Below are positions 1 through 9,278 of a DNA stretch of 64,000 nucleotides, one piece after another; the stretch's first letter is position 1, and each line of letters starts with the position of its first letter. Under the pieces are notes generated by a model. It made no database searches. It saw nothing but the letters and a program-made list of their open reading frames with translations, and was not told where the DNA came from. The stretch comes from Pirellulales bacterium (GTDB lineage Bacteria; Planctomycetota; Planctomycetia; Pirellulales; PALSA-1355): contig JBFWOR010000011.1 of assembly GCA_050250435.1 (NCBI GenBank), forward strand, positions 41,561-105,560, read 5' to 3'. The position numbers were made by a program, and so were the translations under genes.

Positions 1-190
1 TGGAAATGTTCTTGGCCAGAATCGTAATGCCGCGCTCGCGCTCCAGCTCGTTGGAGTCGAGAATGCAGTCGCCCTGCAACTGGCTGTCGCGAAATTCGCC
101 GCTTTGGCGCAGCAGGCTGTCGACCAGCGTCGTTTTGCCGTGGTCGACGTGGGCGATGATAGCAATATTGCGAATGTCGTTGCGACGCAT
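1..190 (-). CDS. typA: Translational GTPase TypA/BipA, N-terminal fragment (gene runs off the window start)
   Basis: Reverse-strand ATG at 190-188. Translation is [33 protein letters not shown]...[15 protein letters not shown], with G1 P-loop AHVDHGKTT and G2 RGITI. Absent from the ORF track because it is truncated. Confidence 0.85.
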   Translation of the reverse strand, partial: MRRNDIRNIAIIAHVDHGKTTLVDSLLRQSGEFRDSQLQGDCILDSNELERERGITILAKNIS

Positions 191-526
191 GGGGTTTCGG
201 CGCGGAGGGCACGGTCAAAAGGAGGGCGGCCAGAGAGACTCGGCGGCCGGCAGCAGCCCTATTGTAGTCGCCGGGGGCCGTTTGGAGTAGGCCACGCAGG
301 CGGCTCACGCCGCCAACCCCCGCCGCGGATCCGCGCGATTTGCCAGCAGCGTGCCAAAGCAGCTGCAATCATTCGCCCAAATCCTCCAGTTAACGCCGTC
401 ATCAGGACAAATCGAAACTTTGCCAACAAATCCGCACGTAGTGCAGGGTCGGCTCAATCCTCACAGTTTGCCTGCCGATAAAGGTGACCGAAGTCCCTAC
501 AGATCTCGTTTTGTCAGGACGACGCT

Positions 527-2773
527 ATGGTCAGCCGAACGCTTGCACTGACGCTGGTGGCACTTTGTAGCCTCCTTTCGATTTCGCCGCGCGCCAGCGC
601 GCAGGACGAAGCCGCGGAGAAACCCGCCGCGGCGCCTTCGCTCAGCGATCGATTGGAGCAATTTCGCCAGGACCTGCTGGGCCAGCCGGGGCAAGCAGAA
701 CGCCGCGCTGCCGCGGACCGCAAAGACCTTGCGAAAGAAATTACTACAGAGCGCGCACGTCGTCCGGCACGGACCGGAGGATCGCCGACGGCGAACCGCA
801 CGGCTCCGCAGCAACCGCGTGCCATGGCGCCGGCTGCCCGCGCCGCAGCGACGCCGCAACCGCCCACGCCGAATGCCGGCCCGAATCCGGCCATGCAGGC
901 GCCCACTGCCGTGCGCACTCCGGCGCGAATGGAAGTGCAGTCGGCGCGCCGAGCGCAACCGTCCAAGGGCCTGATCCCCGCGCACACGCCACCGGAGCGC
1001 GACGTGGCGCCGCAAACTTCGCCGGAACCGGCCGTGGAGCAGATTGCCGAAACGCCCGAGACGCCGACCGAAGCTCAACCCCAGCCGACGGAAGCCGCCG
1101 ACGAGCCTGCGCCGTCGCGGGTCGATATCGAAGAGATGGCCGACGCTACGCGTGCGCCACGGGTGGCCCGCGCACCCCGGGGGGCCGTTGCACCGAAGGA
1201 ACAGGAACCGACGTTGGCCGCCGAGCCGGAAGCGGAAACACAAGGGGTGCGCGAAGATGCGACATTCACGAGCCAGGCGCCGGTGCTGTCGGTGGAAGCC
1301 GTTGGCCCGCGTCGCGTACGCGTGGGTGAGCAAGCACAATTCGTCGTGCGGATTCGCAACTCCGGGGCCGCGGCGAGCAACGTGGTCGTAAGCATGAACG
1401 TGCCCGAGCACGCCGAGCTCGCCTCGTCACACGCCACGAGCGGCACGGTGCCGGCCCCGGCAGCCGACAAGCCGCATGGCCCGTTGGAATGGAAGATCAC
1501 GCGATTGGAAGGCCGTAGCGTCGAAACACTGAACCTGACATTGGTGCCGCGCAAGAGCGAGCCGCTGGATTTGGCCGTGCGGTTCACCTATGCGCCCGAA
1601 GCGTCGCAATTGCTGGTGGAAGTGCAAGAGCCCAAGCTGGAGATGAACGTCTCGGGAGCGACCGACGTGATGTTCGGCGAGACCAAGATTTACAAGCTCA
1701 TCCTGTCCAATCCTGGCAACGGTGACGCGGAGAACGTGGTCATCGGTTTGTTGCCCGTGGGCCGCGGAGCCGAGGGCATTGCCAGCCACAAGCTCGGTAC
1801 CCTGCACGCCGGCGAAACCAAAACCATCGACGTTGAGCTGACTGCGCGCCAGGCCGGCAGCATCGCCATTAAGGCACAGGCCTATGCCGATGGCGGGCTG
1901 CGCGTCGAGGCCGTGGCCCAGGTCACTGTGCGACGCGCCAATCTGCAAGTCGAAGTGCAGTCGCCGCGCGTGACGTTTGCCGGCACCGTGGGCACCTATC
2001 GGATCAAAGTGGTGAACTCGGGCGACGCGCCGGCCGAGGCCGTGGAAGTGGCCGCCATGCTGCCGCCGGACGCCAAATTCATCGCCAGCACAGGCGGCGG
2101 ACGGTTCGACGCTCAGCAGGGCAAAGTGAACTGGTCGGCCGGCAGCGTGCCGCCGAACTCCGAGCGCGAGCTGGAAATGCAGTGCACCCTGGCTACGCCC
2201 GGCGACAATCGCATGCAGTTCGTGGCCACTGCCGCCGATGAGCTCAGTGCTTCGGCCACTTCGGAAACGAAGGTACAGGCGCTGGCCGATCTGAAGATTG
2301 AAGTGCGCGATCCGCAGGGCCCGATCGCCGTTGGCGGCGACGCCGTGTATGAAGTCGTGCTCCGCAATCGAGGCAGCGCTCCGGCCGAAAACGTGGAAGT
2401 TGTTGTCTTCTTCTCGGAAGGCCTGGAAGCCATGAGCGTCGAAGGCGGCGCGCACGAAATCACTACCGGCCAGGTCGCCTTCAAGCCGATCGCCACGGTG
2501 GGCGCCGGCGAGTCAGTTGTCTTCCGCGTTCACGCCAAGGCCGACCGCAGCGGTCACCACGTCTTCCGTACGGAGCTGGTCTGCCAATCGCTGGGCACCA
2601 AGCTGGCCGCCGAAGAAGCAACCTTCTTCTACGGCGACGGCGACACAGCAGCCGCCCCTGCGGACGCTGCCGCTGACCAGCAGAATGCCGCCGGCAGCGT
2701 CGAACCGCAGCCGCACGTTGCCGAAGGTGGCGAGGCCGCTGCGGCGGACAGCGCGCCGCCGGTGCCGGAGTAG
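527..2773 (+). CDS. Secreted cell-surface protein with DUF11/CARDB-type repeats
   Basis: 748 aa. Signal peptide MVSRTLALTLVALCSLLSISPRASAQD, then a Pro/Ala/Glu-rich linker of roughly 230 aa. At least 4 repeats follow, carrying the x-V-x-N-x-G-x-x-x-A-x-N-V motif (FVVRIRNSGAAASNVVV, YKLILSNPGNGDAENVVI, YRIKVVNSGDAPAEAVEV, YEVVLRNRGSAPAENVEV). Confidence 0.8.
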   Translation: MVSRTLALTLVALCSLLSISPRASAQDEAAEKPAAAPSLSDRLEQFRQDLLGQPGQAERRAAADRKDLAKEITTERARRPARTGGSPTANRTAPQQPRAMAPAARAAATPQPPTPNAGPNPAMQAPTAVRTPARMEVQSARRAQPSKGLIPAHTPPERDVAPQTSPEPAVEQIAETPETPTEAQPQPTEAADEPAPSRVDIEEMADATRAPRVARAPRGAVAPKEQEPTLAAEPEAETQGVREDATFTSQAPVLSVEAVGPRRVRVGEQAQFVVRIRNSGAAASNVVVSMNVPEHAELASSHATSGTVPAPAADKPHGPLEWKITRLEGRSVETLNLTLVPRKSEPLDLAVRFTYAPEASQLLVEVQEPKLEMNVSGATDVMFGETKIYKLILSNPGNGDAENVVIGLLPVGRGAEGIASHKLGTLHAGETKTIDVELTARQAGSIAIKAQAYADGGLRVEAVAQVTVRRANLQVEVQSPRVTFAGTVGTYRIKVVNSGDAPAEAVEVAAMLPPDAKFIASTGGGRFDAQQGKVNWSAGSVPPNSERELEMQCTLATPGDNRMQFVATAADELSASATSETKVQALADLKIEVRDPQGPIAVGGDAVYEVVLRNRGSAPAENVEVVVFFSEGLEAMSVEGGAHEITTGQVAFKPIATVGAGESVVFRVHAKADRSGHHVFRTELVCQSLGTKLAAEEATFFYGDGDTAAAPADAAADQQNAAGSVEPQPHVAEGGEAAAADSAPPVPE

Positions 2774-2848
2774 TTCGGGCCACGGCGACTTCTTCTATCT
2801 CGCCGCAAGCAATTGTCACAGCTCAGGTTGTGGCGCTTTGCCAGCTTG

Positions 2849-2899
2849 CCGACAAACGCATAAATAACTGTTTGTCGGATGGGCCTTGCCGGCTATAAT
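2849..2899 (+). promoter_or_regulatory. Candidate sigma70-type promoter overlapped by a 9-bp inverted repeat
   Basis: TTGTCG (2872-2877), 16 nt spacer, perfect TATAAT (2894-2899), about 60 nt upstream of the ATG at 2962. Inverted repeat CCGACAAAC (2849-2857) / GTTTGTCGG (2870-2878) covers the -35. It could also be the terminator hairpin of the upstream gene. Confidence 0.35.
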
Positions 2900-2961
2900 C
2901 CGCGGCCCCGTTGAGACCATTCCACCCGCTGCAAGGCACGCGACAGCGCCTTGTGTACGGC

Positions 2962-4059
2962 ATGCCACGACTTGCTCACATAGCTCGCTCTACGCTCTGG
3001 CTGGTGCCGTGCTGCGCGCTGTGGACCGGGTGTGGCACGACCAAATGGTCCGACTCGCCGCGCACGGCCACGGAGCAGTTGCTCGTATCTGACGCAGTCG
3101 ACAGGGCCATCAGCCAGATCGACTTCACCGCGCTGGCGAACCAGGATGTCTACGTCGACACGCGGTACATCGTCACGGCGCTCGACCAGAACTACGTGGT
3201 GAGCACGCTCCGCCAGCACATGCTCGCCAGCGGTTGCGTCATCAAAGACAAACCGGAAGAGGCGACCTACATTGTCGAAGTGCGCAGCGGTGGTCTGGGC
3301 ACCAATCGCCAGGATCTGTTGTTTGGCGTGCCGGCCACAAACGTGCCCACGCCGGGGCTGCTGCCTGCGGGCTCGGCCGCCATTCCGGAAATTGCGCTCA
3401 TGAAGCGCACCAATCAGCAAGCCGTCTGCAAGATTGCCGTCTATGCATACGAGCGCGTCAGCGGACGGCCGGTCTGGCAAAGCGGTAATCGCAAAGTGGC
3501 CAGCCGAGCCAAAGACTCCTGGTTCTTGGGCGCCGGACCGTTCCAGAAAGGCAACATCTACGACGGCACGGCGTTCGCCGGCGAGAAGCTGGGCGGCCCC
3601 CTGTTCAAGGGCAAGTCGCAAACGGCCGAGGCCTCGGTGGGTATGGAGCGCACGTTCGATAAGAAGGGCCCCATGTACGCCGGCGGGGAGAATCCGCCCG
3701 CGACCGTAAACCACGCCGGCTATTTGACCGAGTTGCCGAAGACGGACACGGCCACGGCGCAGAAGCCAGCCGCGCCCGCGGCGAGCCCAGCCACAGCGCC
3801 GGCTGCGGCGCCTGCGGAGGCCAAGCCGGCAGAAAAACCGCCCGAGAAGCCCGCGGAGCAAAAGCCGCCGAAGGCAGCCTACACGCCGCCGCCCGCTTCG
3901 ACGTCGCCGCCGCCACCGCAGCCCACTGGGGGACTGCAAGGACCGTTGCCGCCGCAGAACGTGCAATCGCCGGTAAACCCTGCCACGTCCACCGCCGGCG
4001 CGCTCCAGACGCTGAACATCGCCAGGCAACTGATCGACAAGCAGTCGACGACGCCGTAG
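2962..4059 (+). CDS. Hypothetical lipoprotein with Pro/Ala-rich C-terminal tail
   Basis: Same frame as track ORF 2911..4059 (TTG start). First ATG is at 2962, giving MPRLAHIARSTLWLVPCCALWTGC with a lipobox-like LWTGC. The C-terminal 110 aa are Pro/Ala/Lys-rich. No family recognised. Confidence 0.7.
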   Translation: MPRLAHIARSTLWLVPCCALWTGCGTTKWSDSPRTATEQLLVSDAVDRAISQIDFTALANQDVYVDTRYIVTALDQNYVVSTLRQHMLASGCVIKDKPEEATYIVEVRSGGLGTNRQDLLFGVPATNVPTPGLLPAGSAAIPEIALMKRTNQQAVCKIAVYAYERVSGRPVWQSGNRKVASRAKDSWFLGAGPFQKGNIYDGTAFAGEKLGGPLFKGKSQTAEASVGMERTFDKKGPMYAGGENPPATVNHAGYLTELPKTDTATAQKPAAPAASPATAPAAAPAEAKPAEKPPEKPAEQKPPKAAYTPPPASTSPPPPQPTGGLQGPLPPQNVQSPVNPATSTAGALQTLNIARQLIDKQSTTP

Positions 4060-4117
4060 CTACTGCCGTGCCGGGAGGGAGCAACTGTTAGATTGAACAG
4101 GCTAATCAACCCTCGGT

Positions 4118-4191
4118 GCCGCGCGCTTCGGCTTGGTGGCGGCTGAAAGGTAGTGGCAGCCTGGCCGCCGAAGCGCGCGGCCCTGGTTTTT
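4118..4191 (+). terminator. Intrinsic-terminator-like long hairpin
   Basis: Perfect 15-bp stem GCCGCGCGCTTCGGC (4118-4132) / GCCGAAGCGCGCGGC (4167-4181), followed by CCTGGTTTTTGGG (T5 at 4187-4191), 59 nt after the stop at 4059. The 34-nt loop is unusually large for a terminator. Confidence 0.45.
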
Positions 4192-4296
4192 GGGACGTCG
4201 TGTACGGCGGGCTAAAGCCCGCCGCTAGGGACCTAGGCCGCTCACGCGGCCGCTCTCGCGAAACGCCTCCGCGCACGATGACGAGTGGACACTTCT

Positions 4297-5529
4297 CTAC
4301 GCTACCGGCTCGAACGACAACGGGTCGTCTGATCGCGGGTCGCTCACTCGCACGGCGACGTTGCCGCTGAGCAGATCGTCGATCAGCCGGCCCACGACTT
4401 CGGCCCGCCAGCCGCGTCCCAAGAGCGGCGGTTCGCCGCTGCCATTGCTCTCGTGGAAGCCCAGGCGATAGGCCACCAGGTCGCGAACGTCATTGGCTGT
4501 GCCCACGATGCTGGGCGCGAGATTGGCCGACCGGCAGATGCTGCCCAATGCCGATGCAAGAAACTGCCCCAAGACGCTCAACTGCGGGCCTGTGTCCCGG
4601 GGAGCGGCGCTGGGGCACTCGTCGTCCGGCAAGTCGAGGGCCCGTTTCACGGCCGCGGCCAGCTGTGGCACGCAGCGCTGCAGGTCGCCCCGTTCCATGC
4701 CGCGCAACGAGCGGATGTGCGCTGGGTCGCTACTGCGGCGCTTGGCCAGCTCGACAATCAAGTCATCACGCAAGACGCGCCTCGTAGGGCAATCGCGTCG
4801 CTCGGCCTCGGCTTCGCGCCAGCGCCAGATTTCACGGACGATGGCCATGCTGCGTCGCGACAAGCTGGAGGCGCCCGACACGCGCCACCAGCGCTCTTCG
4901 GTGCGCGTGGCAGCGACACTGCTCATCCAGGAGGCCATCTCCGAGTCCATCCACGTCGAGCGGCCGAGCTCACTCAATCGCTTTTCGAGCTTGCCGGCCA
5001 TTTCCGCCAAATAACGGACGTCGTCGAGCGCGTACTCAATCTGGCTTTCGGAAAGGGGCCTGCGCCGCCAGTCAGTGCGCGTCTCGCCCTTTTGCAACCG
5101 CTTGCCGACGAGCTTGGAAAGCAACGAGCCGTAACCGGCCGGATACTCAAAGCCCACCAGTCCGGCGGCAATCTGCACGTCGAACAGTCGCTCCGGCGGC
5201 CGGCTTGTGGCCGCGGCGCAAAACAACAGCTCTTCGCGACCCGCGTGCACCAAGGTCTGATGGCCAGGCGCAGCCACCAGCTCCCAGAATGGCCGCACGT
5301 CGCGTAGCGCCAACGGATCGATCACCGCCAACCGGTCGGCTGCCGCCACCTGAATCAAGCACAGATGCGGCCGGTAGCTGTGCTCCGAAACGAACTCCGT
5401 GTCGAAGGCAATCCAGGGGGCCGTCGAGAGGTCACGGCAAAGCGCCGCCAGGTCTCGGTCGGTGGTGATGTGGTCGTGCTGCACGCGGATCCTGAAACGT
5501 GGAAGAAGGTCGACCCCGTCCGCGTCCAA
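4297..5529 (-). CDS. rnd: Ribonuclease D (DEDD 3'-5' exonuclease plus HRDC)
   Basis: 410 aa. ExoI motif WIAFDTEF, then LCLIQVAA, ExoII HAGREEL, ExoIII YALDDVRYL. The downstream helical HRDC-like region is typical of RNase D. Confidence 0.85.
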   Translation of the reverse strand: MDADGVDLLPRFRIRVQHDHITTDRDLAALCRDLSTAPWIAFDTEFVSEHSYRPHLCLIQVAAADRLAVIDPLALRDVRPFWELVAAPGHQTLVHAGREELLFCAAATSRPPERLFDVQIAAGLVGFEYPAGYGSLLSKLVGKRLQKGETRTDWRRRPLSESQIEYALDDVRYLAEMAGKLEKRLSELGRSTWMDSEMASWMSSVAATRTEERWWRVSGASSLSRRSMAIVREIWRWREAEAERRDCPTRRVLRDDLIVELAKRRSSDPAHIRSLRGMERGDLQRCVPQLAAAVKRALDLPDDECPSAAPRDTGPQLSVLGQFLASALGSICRSANLAPSIVGTANDVRDLVAYRLGFHESNGSGEPPLLGRGWRAEVVGRLIDDLLSGNVAVRVSDPRSDDPLSFEPVA

Positions 5530-5659
5530 GCGCGCAGAACCGGGGTCGACGCTAGTGCATTCTAACCGGCGCGGGCCTCAGGGTCACGGCCGGAATGGCC
5601 ACCGCACGCGTTGTCCGTGCACAGCCCGGCTCGCTGGTTTTCGCCCGCGCCATGCTCAT

Positions 5660-7129
5660 TCAGCGGAGGAAGAGCCACACGTTGACCGCCAGGATCGGCA
5701 GCAAGAAGGCGACGCTGTAAACCACATATCCGAAAAAACTCGGCATCCGCACGCCGGAGTTTTCTGCAATCGTCTTGACCATGAAGTTCGGGCCGTTGCC
5801 GATATAGGTCATCGCCCCCATCAAGACCGAGCCGAGGCTGATGCCGCGCAACAGCGGCTCGGCCACCCCGGCCACCAGGTTTGCGTCGCCGGCCGGCAGC
5901 GTCTGGGCCGTTTTGAAAAAGACGAGGTACGTCGGCGCGTTGTCGAGCACGGACGACAGGATGCCCGAGGCCCAGAAGAACTTCATCGGCGTATCGATTC
6001 CCAGCGAACCGCCGCGGGCGTTGAGGATCTCCAACGCCGGCTGCATGGCGATGAAAATGCCAATGAACAAGGCCGCCACTTCCACGATGGCCAGATAGTC
6101 GAAGTTGTTATCGTCGCGCACCGATTGCGGGCCCAGGCCCAACGACAATGCCACCAGCACCAACTGCACCATCTCTCGCAGGTAAATCCACGGGTACCAC
6201 GACGTTCCCAAAAACGGCTTGCTCGGATCCAGCAGGGCGACAGAAATGATGATGCCCACGAGCAACAGGGCATTGGGCCACAGCCCCGACACGGTCAAGG
6301 GGCGCACGGTCGTCTCGTCGCGCACCATGTCAGACTTTGTTTCACGGCGACGATAGTAGAAGTGGTCGAGCAGTAGATACAGCACCACCAGCGCGCCGTT
6401 GACGAACAGCCAACTGCGCCACAGCGAAAAGGTCCACAGGAAATCCACGCCGTTCAAGTAGCCCAAGAACAAAGGCGGGTCACCGAGCGGCAACAGCAGA
6501 CCGCCGCAATTGCACACCACGAAGATGAAAAACACCACCGTATGAGCGACATGCTTGCGTTCGGCATTGGTTTCCAGCAACGGGCGGATCAAGAGCATCG
6601 CGGCGCCGGTCGTGCCGACAAAGCTGGCTAACAGGCCGCCACCGGTGATGAAGGCCGCATTCGTAAGCGAATGGGCCGGCAAATCGCCCGTTAGCCGAAT
6701 GCCGCCGCTGATCGTATACAAACAAAACAAGAGCGTGATGAACGGGATGTAGTCCTTGATGATCGCGTGCTCGAGCGTTTCCAGCGCGCGGCCGAGACTG
6801 CCTTCCGGATGCAACATGGCCACGTACATCAGCGTGATCAACGCCAGCGTGAAGGCCACGTAGAACTTGTGCAGATTGTGTTCCCACCAATGCGCCGAAT
6901 GCTCCACGAGCGGCAGCACGGCAATGGCGCCCAATAGCAGCGTAAAGGGAATGACGGCCCAAAAATGGGCCACACGCGACATCTGGGGCGCATGCTCGGC
7001 ATGGGCTGCGCCGGGAGCTGCCGGAGTCGTCCAGCCGGCCAGCGTGGCCAGCACATAGCACACCAAAATGGCCCCGATCACGATGAGCAAGGGCCGGTGG
7101 ACACTGGCGGTGCGGGCGGGTTGCTGCAT
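5660..7129 (-). CDS. Ion transporter-superfamily permease (NhaD/ArsB/citrate-transporter-like Na+/H+ antiporter family)
   Basis: Track ORF 5660..7546 trimmed to the internal ATG at 7129-7127 (MQQPARTASVHRPLLIVIGAILVCY...). The rest is at least 10 hydrophobic helices. The 139 upstream codons cover repeat hairpins and look non-coding. Confidence 0.8.
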   Translation of the reverse strand: MQQPARTASVHRPLLIVIGAILVCYVLATLAGWTTPAAPGAAHAEHAPQMSRVAHFWAVIPFTLLLGAIAVLPLVEHSAHWWEHNLHKFYVAFTLALITLMYVAMLHPEGSLGRALETLEHAIIKDYIPFITLLFCLYTISGGIRLTGDLPAHSLTNAAFITGGGLLASFVGTTGAAMLLIRPLLETNAERKHVAHTVVFFIFVVCNCGGLLLPLGDPPLFLGYLNGVDFLWTFSLWRSWLFVNGALVVLYLLLDHFYYRRRETKSDMVRDETTVRPLTVSGLWPNALLLVGIIISVALLDPSKPFLGTSWYPWIYLREMVQLVLVALSLGLGPQSVRDDNNFDYLAIVEVAALFIGIFIAMQPALEILNARGGSLGIDTPMKFFWASGILSSVLDNAPTYLVFFKTAQTLPAGDANLVAGVAEPLLRGISLGSVLMGAMTYIGNGPNFMVKTIAENSGVRMPSFFGYVVYSVAFLLPILAVNVWLFLR

Positions 7130-7456
7130 GCGAGACAATCGGGGTTGAGGAAACCGGATCACAAATTCGCGCTGCGATGCCCCGCCGAGATGCATCGCGC
7201 GTCCGCTCGAATTCACCAGCCTACGACTCGGCGCGGCAAAATCAAGGCTCACGCGAGGCGCAGCCGCGGCCCTCGGCGGCCAGCCGAACAGTGCCCCCGC
7301 GCCGAGCCATTGGCGGCCGGGCGTTTTCGTTTTACGATCCAGCGAAAGGCGAAACGGATTGCTTGCCCGGTTTACTTGCCTCAAGTGCGCACTCATGGCC
7401 CAGGGGGGCCCCAAATCTGCGCACTTCGCGCGTGTAACAAAATGGCCTTTGGAGAG

Positions 7457-7525
7457 GGGGACCGTCCCATTTTGCTCCCCGACCAATCTACGGACGGTGC
7501 CCGCCGCAAAATCGGGACAGTCCCC
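7457..7525. repeat. GGGGAC..GTCCCC-type palindromic repeat element (long hairpin)
   Basis: Arm GGGGACCGTCCCATTTTGC (7457-7475) and arm GCAAAATCGGGACAGTCCCC (7506-7525) are reverse complements with one mismatch and one indel. Each arm holds its own GGGAC-N-GTCCC mini-palindrome. Confidence 0.6.
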
Positions 7526-7890
7526 GGCCATTTTTGTTAAACGCACTTAATGAGTCGTAGCTAGCCAATGAGCGCGGGGCGACCAACGGAAGCCCCGGAA
7601 ACGCGGACGTTCCGGGGTTGCGTCACAGCCCCTTGTCTGTCTCGGTATCCGTAAGTGCCGATTCGGAGCTGCGATCTGCGGCGCCCAAACTGACCGACTA
7701 AAGACGCAGGTGTCCCTGCCGGCGTCAATGATCGCATGGACAGCAAAAGCGGCAAGCCACGTTTTCGGCCGGCGCGCATTGCGACCGTTCTTCTCGTCAG
7801 CGAAGATTGGCGAAGATTAGAGTTCCCGCGACTCTGACCCTTTGGAGATACGGCGATGCTAGAAGAGGAAGGGCACCGGTTCATGGGGAA

Positions 7891-7988
7891 GGTCAAACAA
7901 TGACTCCCGTCCCCTTTAATTACTCCTTTAATTACTCCGGGTCAAACAATGACTCCCGTCCCCTTTAATTACTCCCCTTTAATTACTC
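7891..7988. repeat. Tandem duplication of a 49-nt unit (24-nt core plus two 12-nt subrepeats)
   Basis: Core GGTCAAACAATGACTCCCGTCCCC at 7891-7914 and 7940-7963. Subrepeat TTTAATTACTCC at 7915, 7927, 7964 and, 11 of 12 nt, at 7978. Confidence 0.8.
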
Positions 7989-7992
7989 TAGA

Positions 7993-8336
7993 AGTTGACA
8001 AGATAAGTTTCGCCCCTGTTGGCAATCCACTGTGACGCAAGTGTTCCGTCCTGTACAAAAAGAATGCCACAGGCTGTTCCGCGCTTCGCGAGCGCAGTTG
8101 TGCCGTGATTCCTGAGGCCTTTGCGTTGGCAGTACGGTTGCCAGCGGTCAAGATTCTCGCGTCCGAATTGCCAATTCGAGGACCCGGCGCGCATCGCCGA
8201 TGTGCGACAGAATCGTATTGACCGAAACTGGACTGACGTCACGCGGCGCGGCGATAGACCTTGAGCAGTCCGCCGAGACGGCATCGCCGACGTGTTTATG
8301 CTGCTTAAGGTGTTCCACTCGGGAATTCGGATACGA
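7993..8336 (-). pseudogene. Remnant A of an rve (DDE integrase)-type transposase gene plus its conserved 3' flank
   Basis: Reverse strand ends ...CRLGGLLKVYRRAA-stop (stop at 8239-8241), the characteristic C-terminus of integrase-core transposases. In-frame stops lie just upstream. About 250 nt downstream of the stop aligns with the copy at 10060-10290. Confidence 0.5.
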
Positions 8337-8337
8337 G

Positions 8338-8375
8338 GGTCAAACAATGACTCCCGTCCCCTTTAGTTAGTTAAG
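8338..8375. repeat. Third copy of the 24-nt core repeat
   Basis: GGTCAAACAATGACTCCCGTCCCC at 8338-8361, identical to the cores at 7891 and 7940. It is followed by the diverged tail TTTAGTTAGTTAAG and abuts the truncated 5' edge of remnant A. Confidence 0.75.
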
Positions 8376-8530
8376 TGGCTGCAATGCCAGCCTTCGCTTG
8401 GCTTGAGCGAAACTTCGCCGCCGGATGCGTGAGCCATGCCAATCGCCTGAGAACGACGGGAGCGCGCCGCCGCGACGCGCGGGAGCGGACGCTCCAATAG
8501 ACTAGCCGGGCATGGGGCGAGTGCGACAGG

Positions 8531-9211
8531 TCAGCGGCGCCGAACTCGCGCCACGAGCAGGCTCAGGCCGGCGACGACAAGCAGAATCCAAGTGGCGGGC
8601 TCGGGCACATTGACCGCCACGGCGTCGATGATAATGCCGCCGCTGGCTGTGGTGCTGGCGCTGGTCGAAGTGAATGTGAGCCGCGTCGAGGCGCCGGTGG
8701 CGACGAAGATCTGCGAGTACAACGTCCAGTCGGCGCTGGCCGGCGGCCCGTTGGTCGACGTGGAGTGCGAAATGCTGTCGGACAAGAGCGAAGCCAGAGA
8801 CACCGCGTCCACGACGTCAATGTCGGCCGTGCTGATGCCGCCTTCGTTGGAGTTGTCGGCGTAGGCGAAGCTGAGGATGTAGGCTTGATTTGGCGTCGTG
8901 GCGAACACCTGATAGACGGTCCCGTTCGTCAGGCCGTTGAGGTCCAGCACCTGGTTGCCCTCATACGCCGAGTAGTCGATGAATGGAGAGATGGGCAAAT
9001 GGCCGATGTCAACGCTGCCACTCGCAACCAGCCAAGCAAAGCCGACCGGTTCAGTTCCGGGCGTGATGGTCTGGAAGTTGTTGGGGGCGAGCGCCGGCGA
9101 CTCGAAGCCGCCGTTGACGAGTGCGGCCGGGGCGGCACGGGCTGCCAGGAAAACCAGACCGAATGTCATTGTGCAAACCGCCGTTCGACAGGCGATGCTT
9201 TGAGTCTTCAC
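8531..9211 (-). CDS. PEP-CTERM sorting-domain protein with DUF642-like N-terminal domain
   Basis: 226 aa. Signal peptide, then ALVNGGFESPALAPNNF (DUF642-like start). C-terminus is VPEPATWILLVVAGLSLLVARVRRR: PEP motif, TM helix and Arg cluster. Confidence 0.85.
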   Translation of the reverse strand: MKTQSIACRTAVCTMTFGLVFLAARAAPAALVNGGFESPALAPNNFQTITPGTEPVGFAWLVASGSVDIGHLPISPFIDYSAYEGNQVLDLNGLTNGTVYQVFATTPNQAYILSFAYADNSNEGGISTADIDVVDAVSLASLLSDSISHSTSTNGPPASADWTLYSQIFVATGASTRLTFTSTSASTTASGGIIIDAVAVNVPEPATWILLVVAGLSLLVARVRRR

Positions 9212-9278
9212 GTCAATTCTCCAGTTGCTGTTGAACTTGGTCCGAGAGTCTGCGACAGATTTACTCGTCTTCGCGCCT

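Noticed and set aside
7130-7546. N-terminal 139 codons of track ORF 5660..7546
   Set aside because: This stretch covers the GGGGAC..GTCCCC hairpin repeat and has no hydrophobic or protein-like character. A good internal ATG at 7129 precedes the first TM helix.
7561-7896. 111-aa minus ORF and possible structured RNA (hairpin CCCCGGAA..TTCCGGGG near 7593-7617)
   Set aside because: The ORF is Arg/Ser-rich with no start context. I could not match the region to any RNA family (tmRNA, RNase P, SRP, 6S) by eye, and an isolated hairpin is not enough.
7891-8375. Possible mini-CRISPR array (identical 24-nt repeats)
   Set aside because: There are only three repeats. The first two are 25 nt apart and separated by 12-mer subrepeats. 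The third lies 374 nt away, across a transposase fragment. There are no regular spacers and no cas genes in the window.
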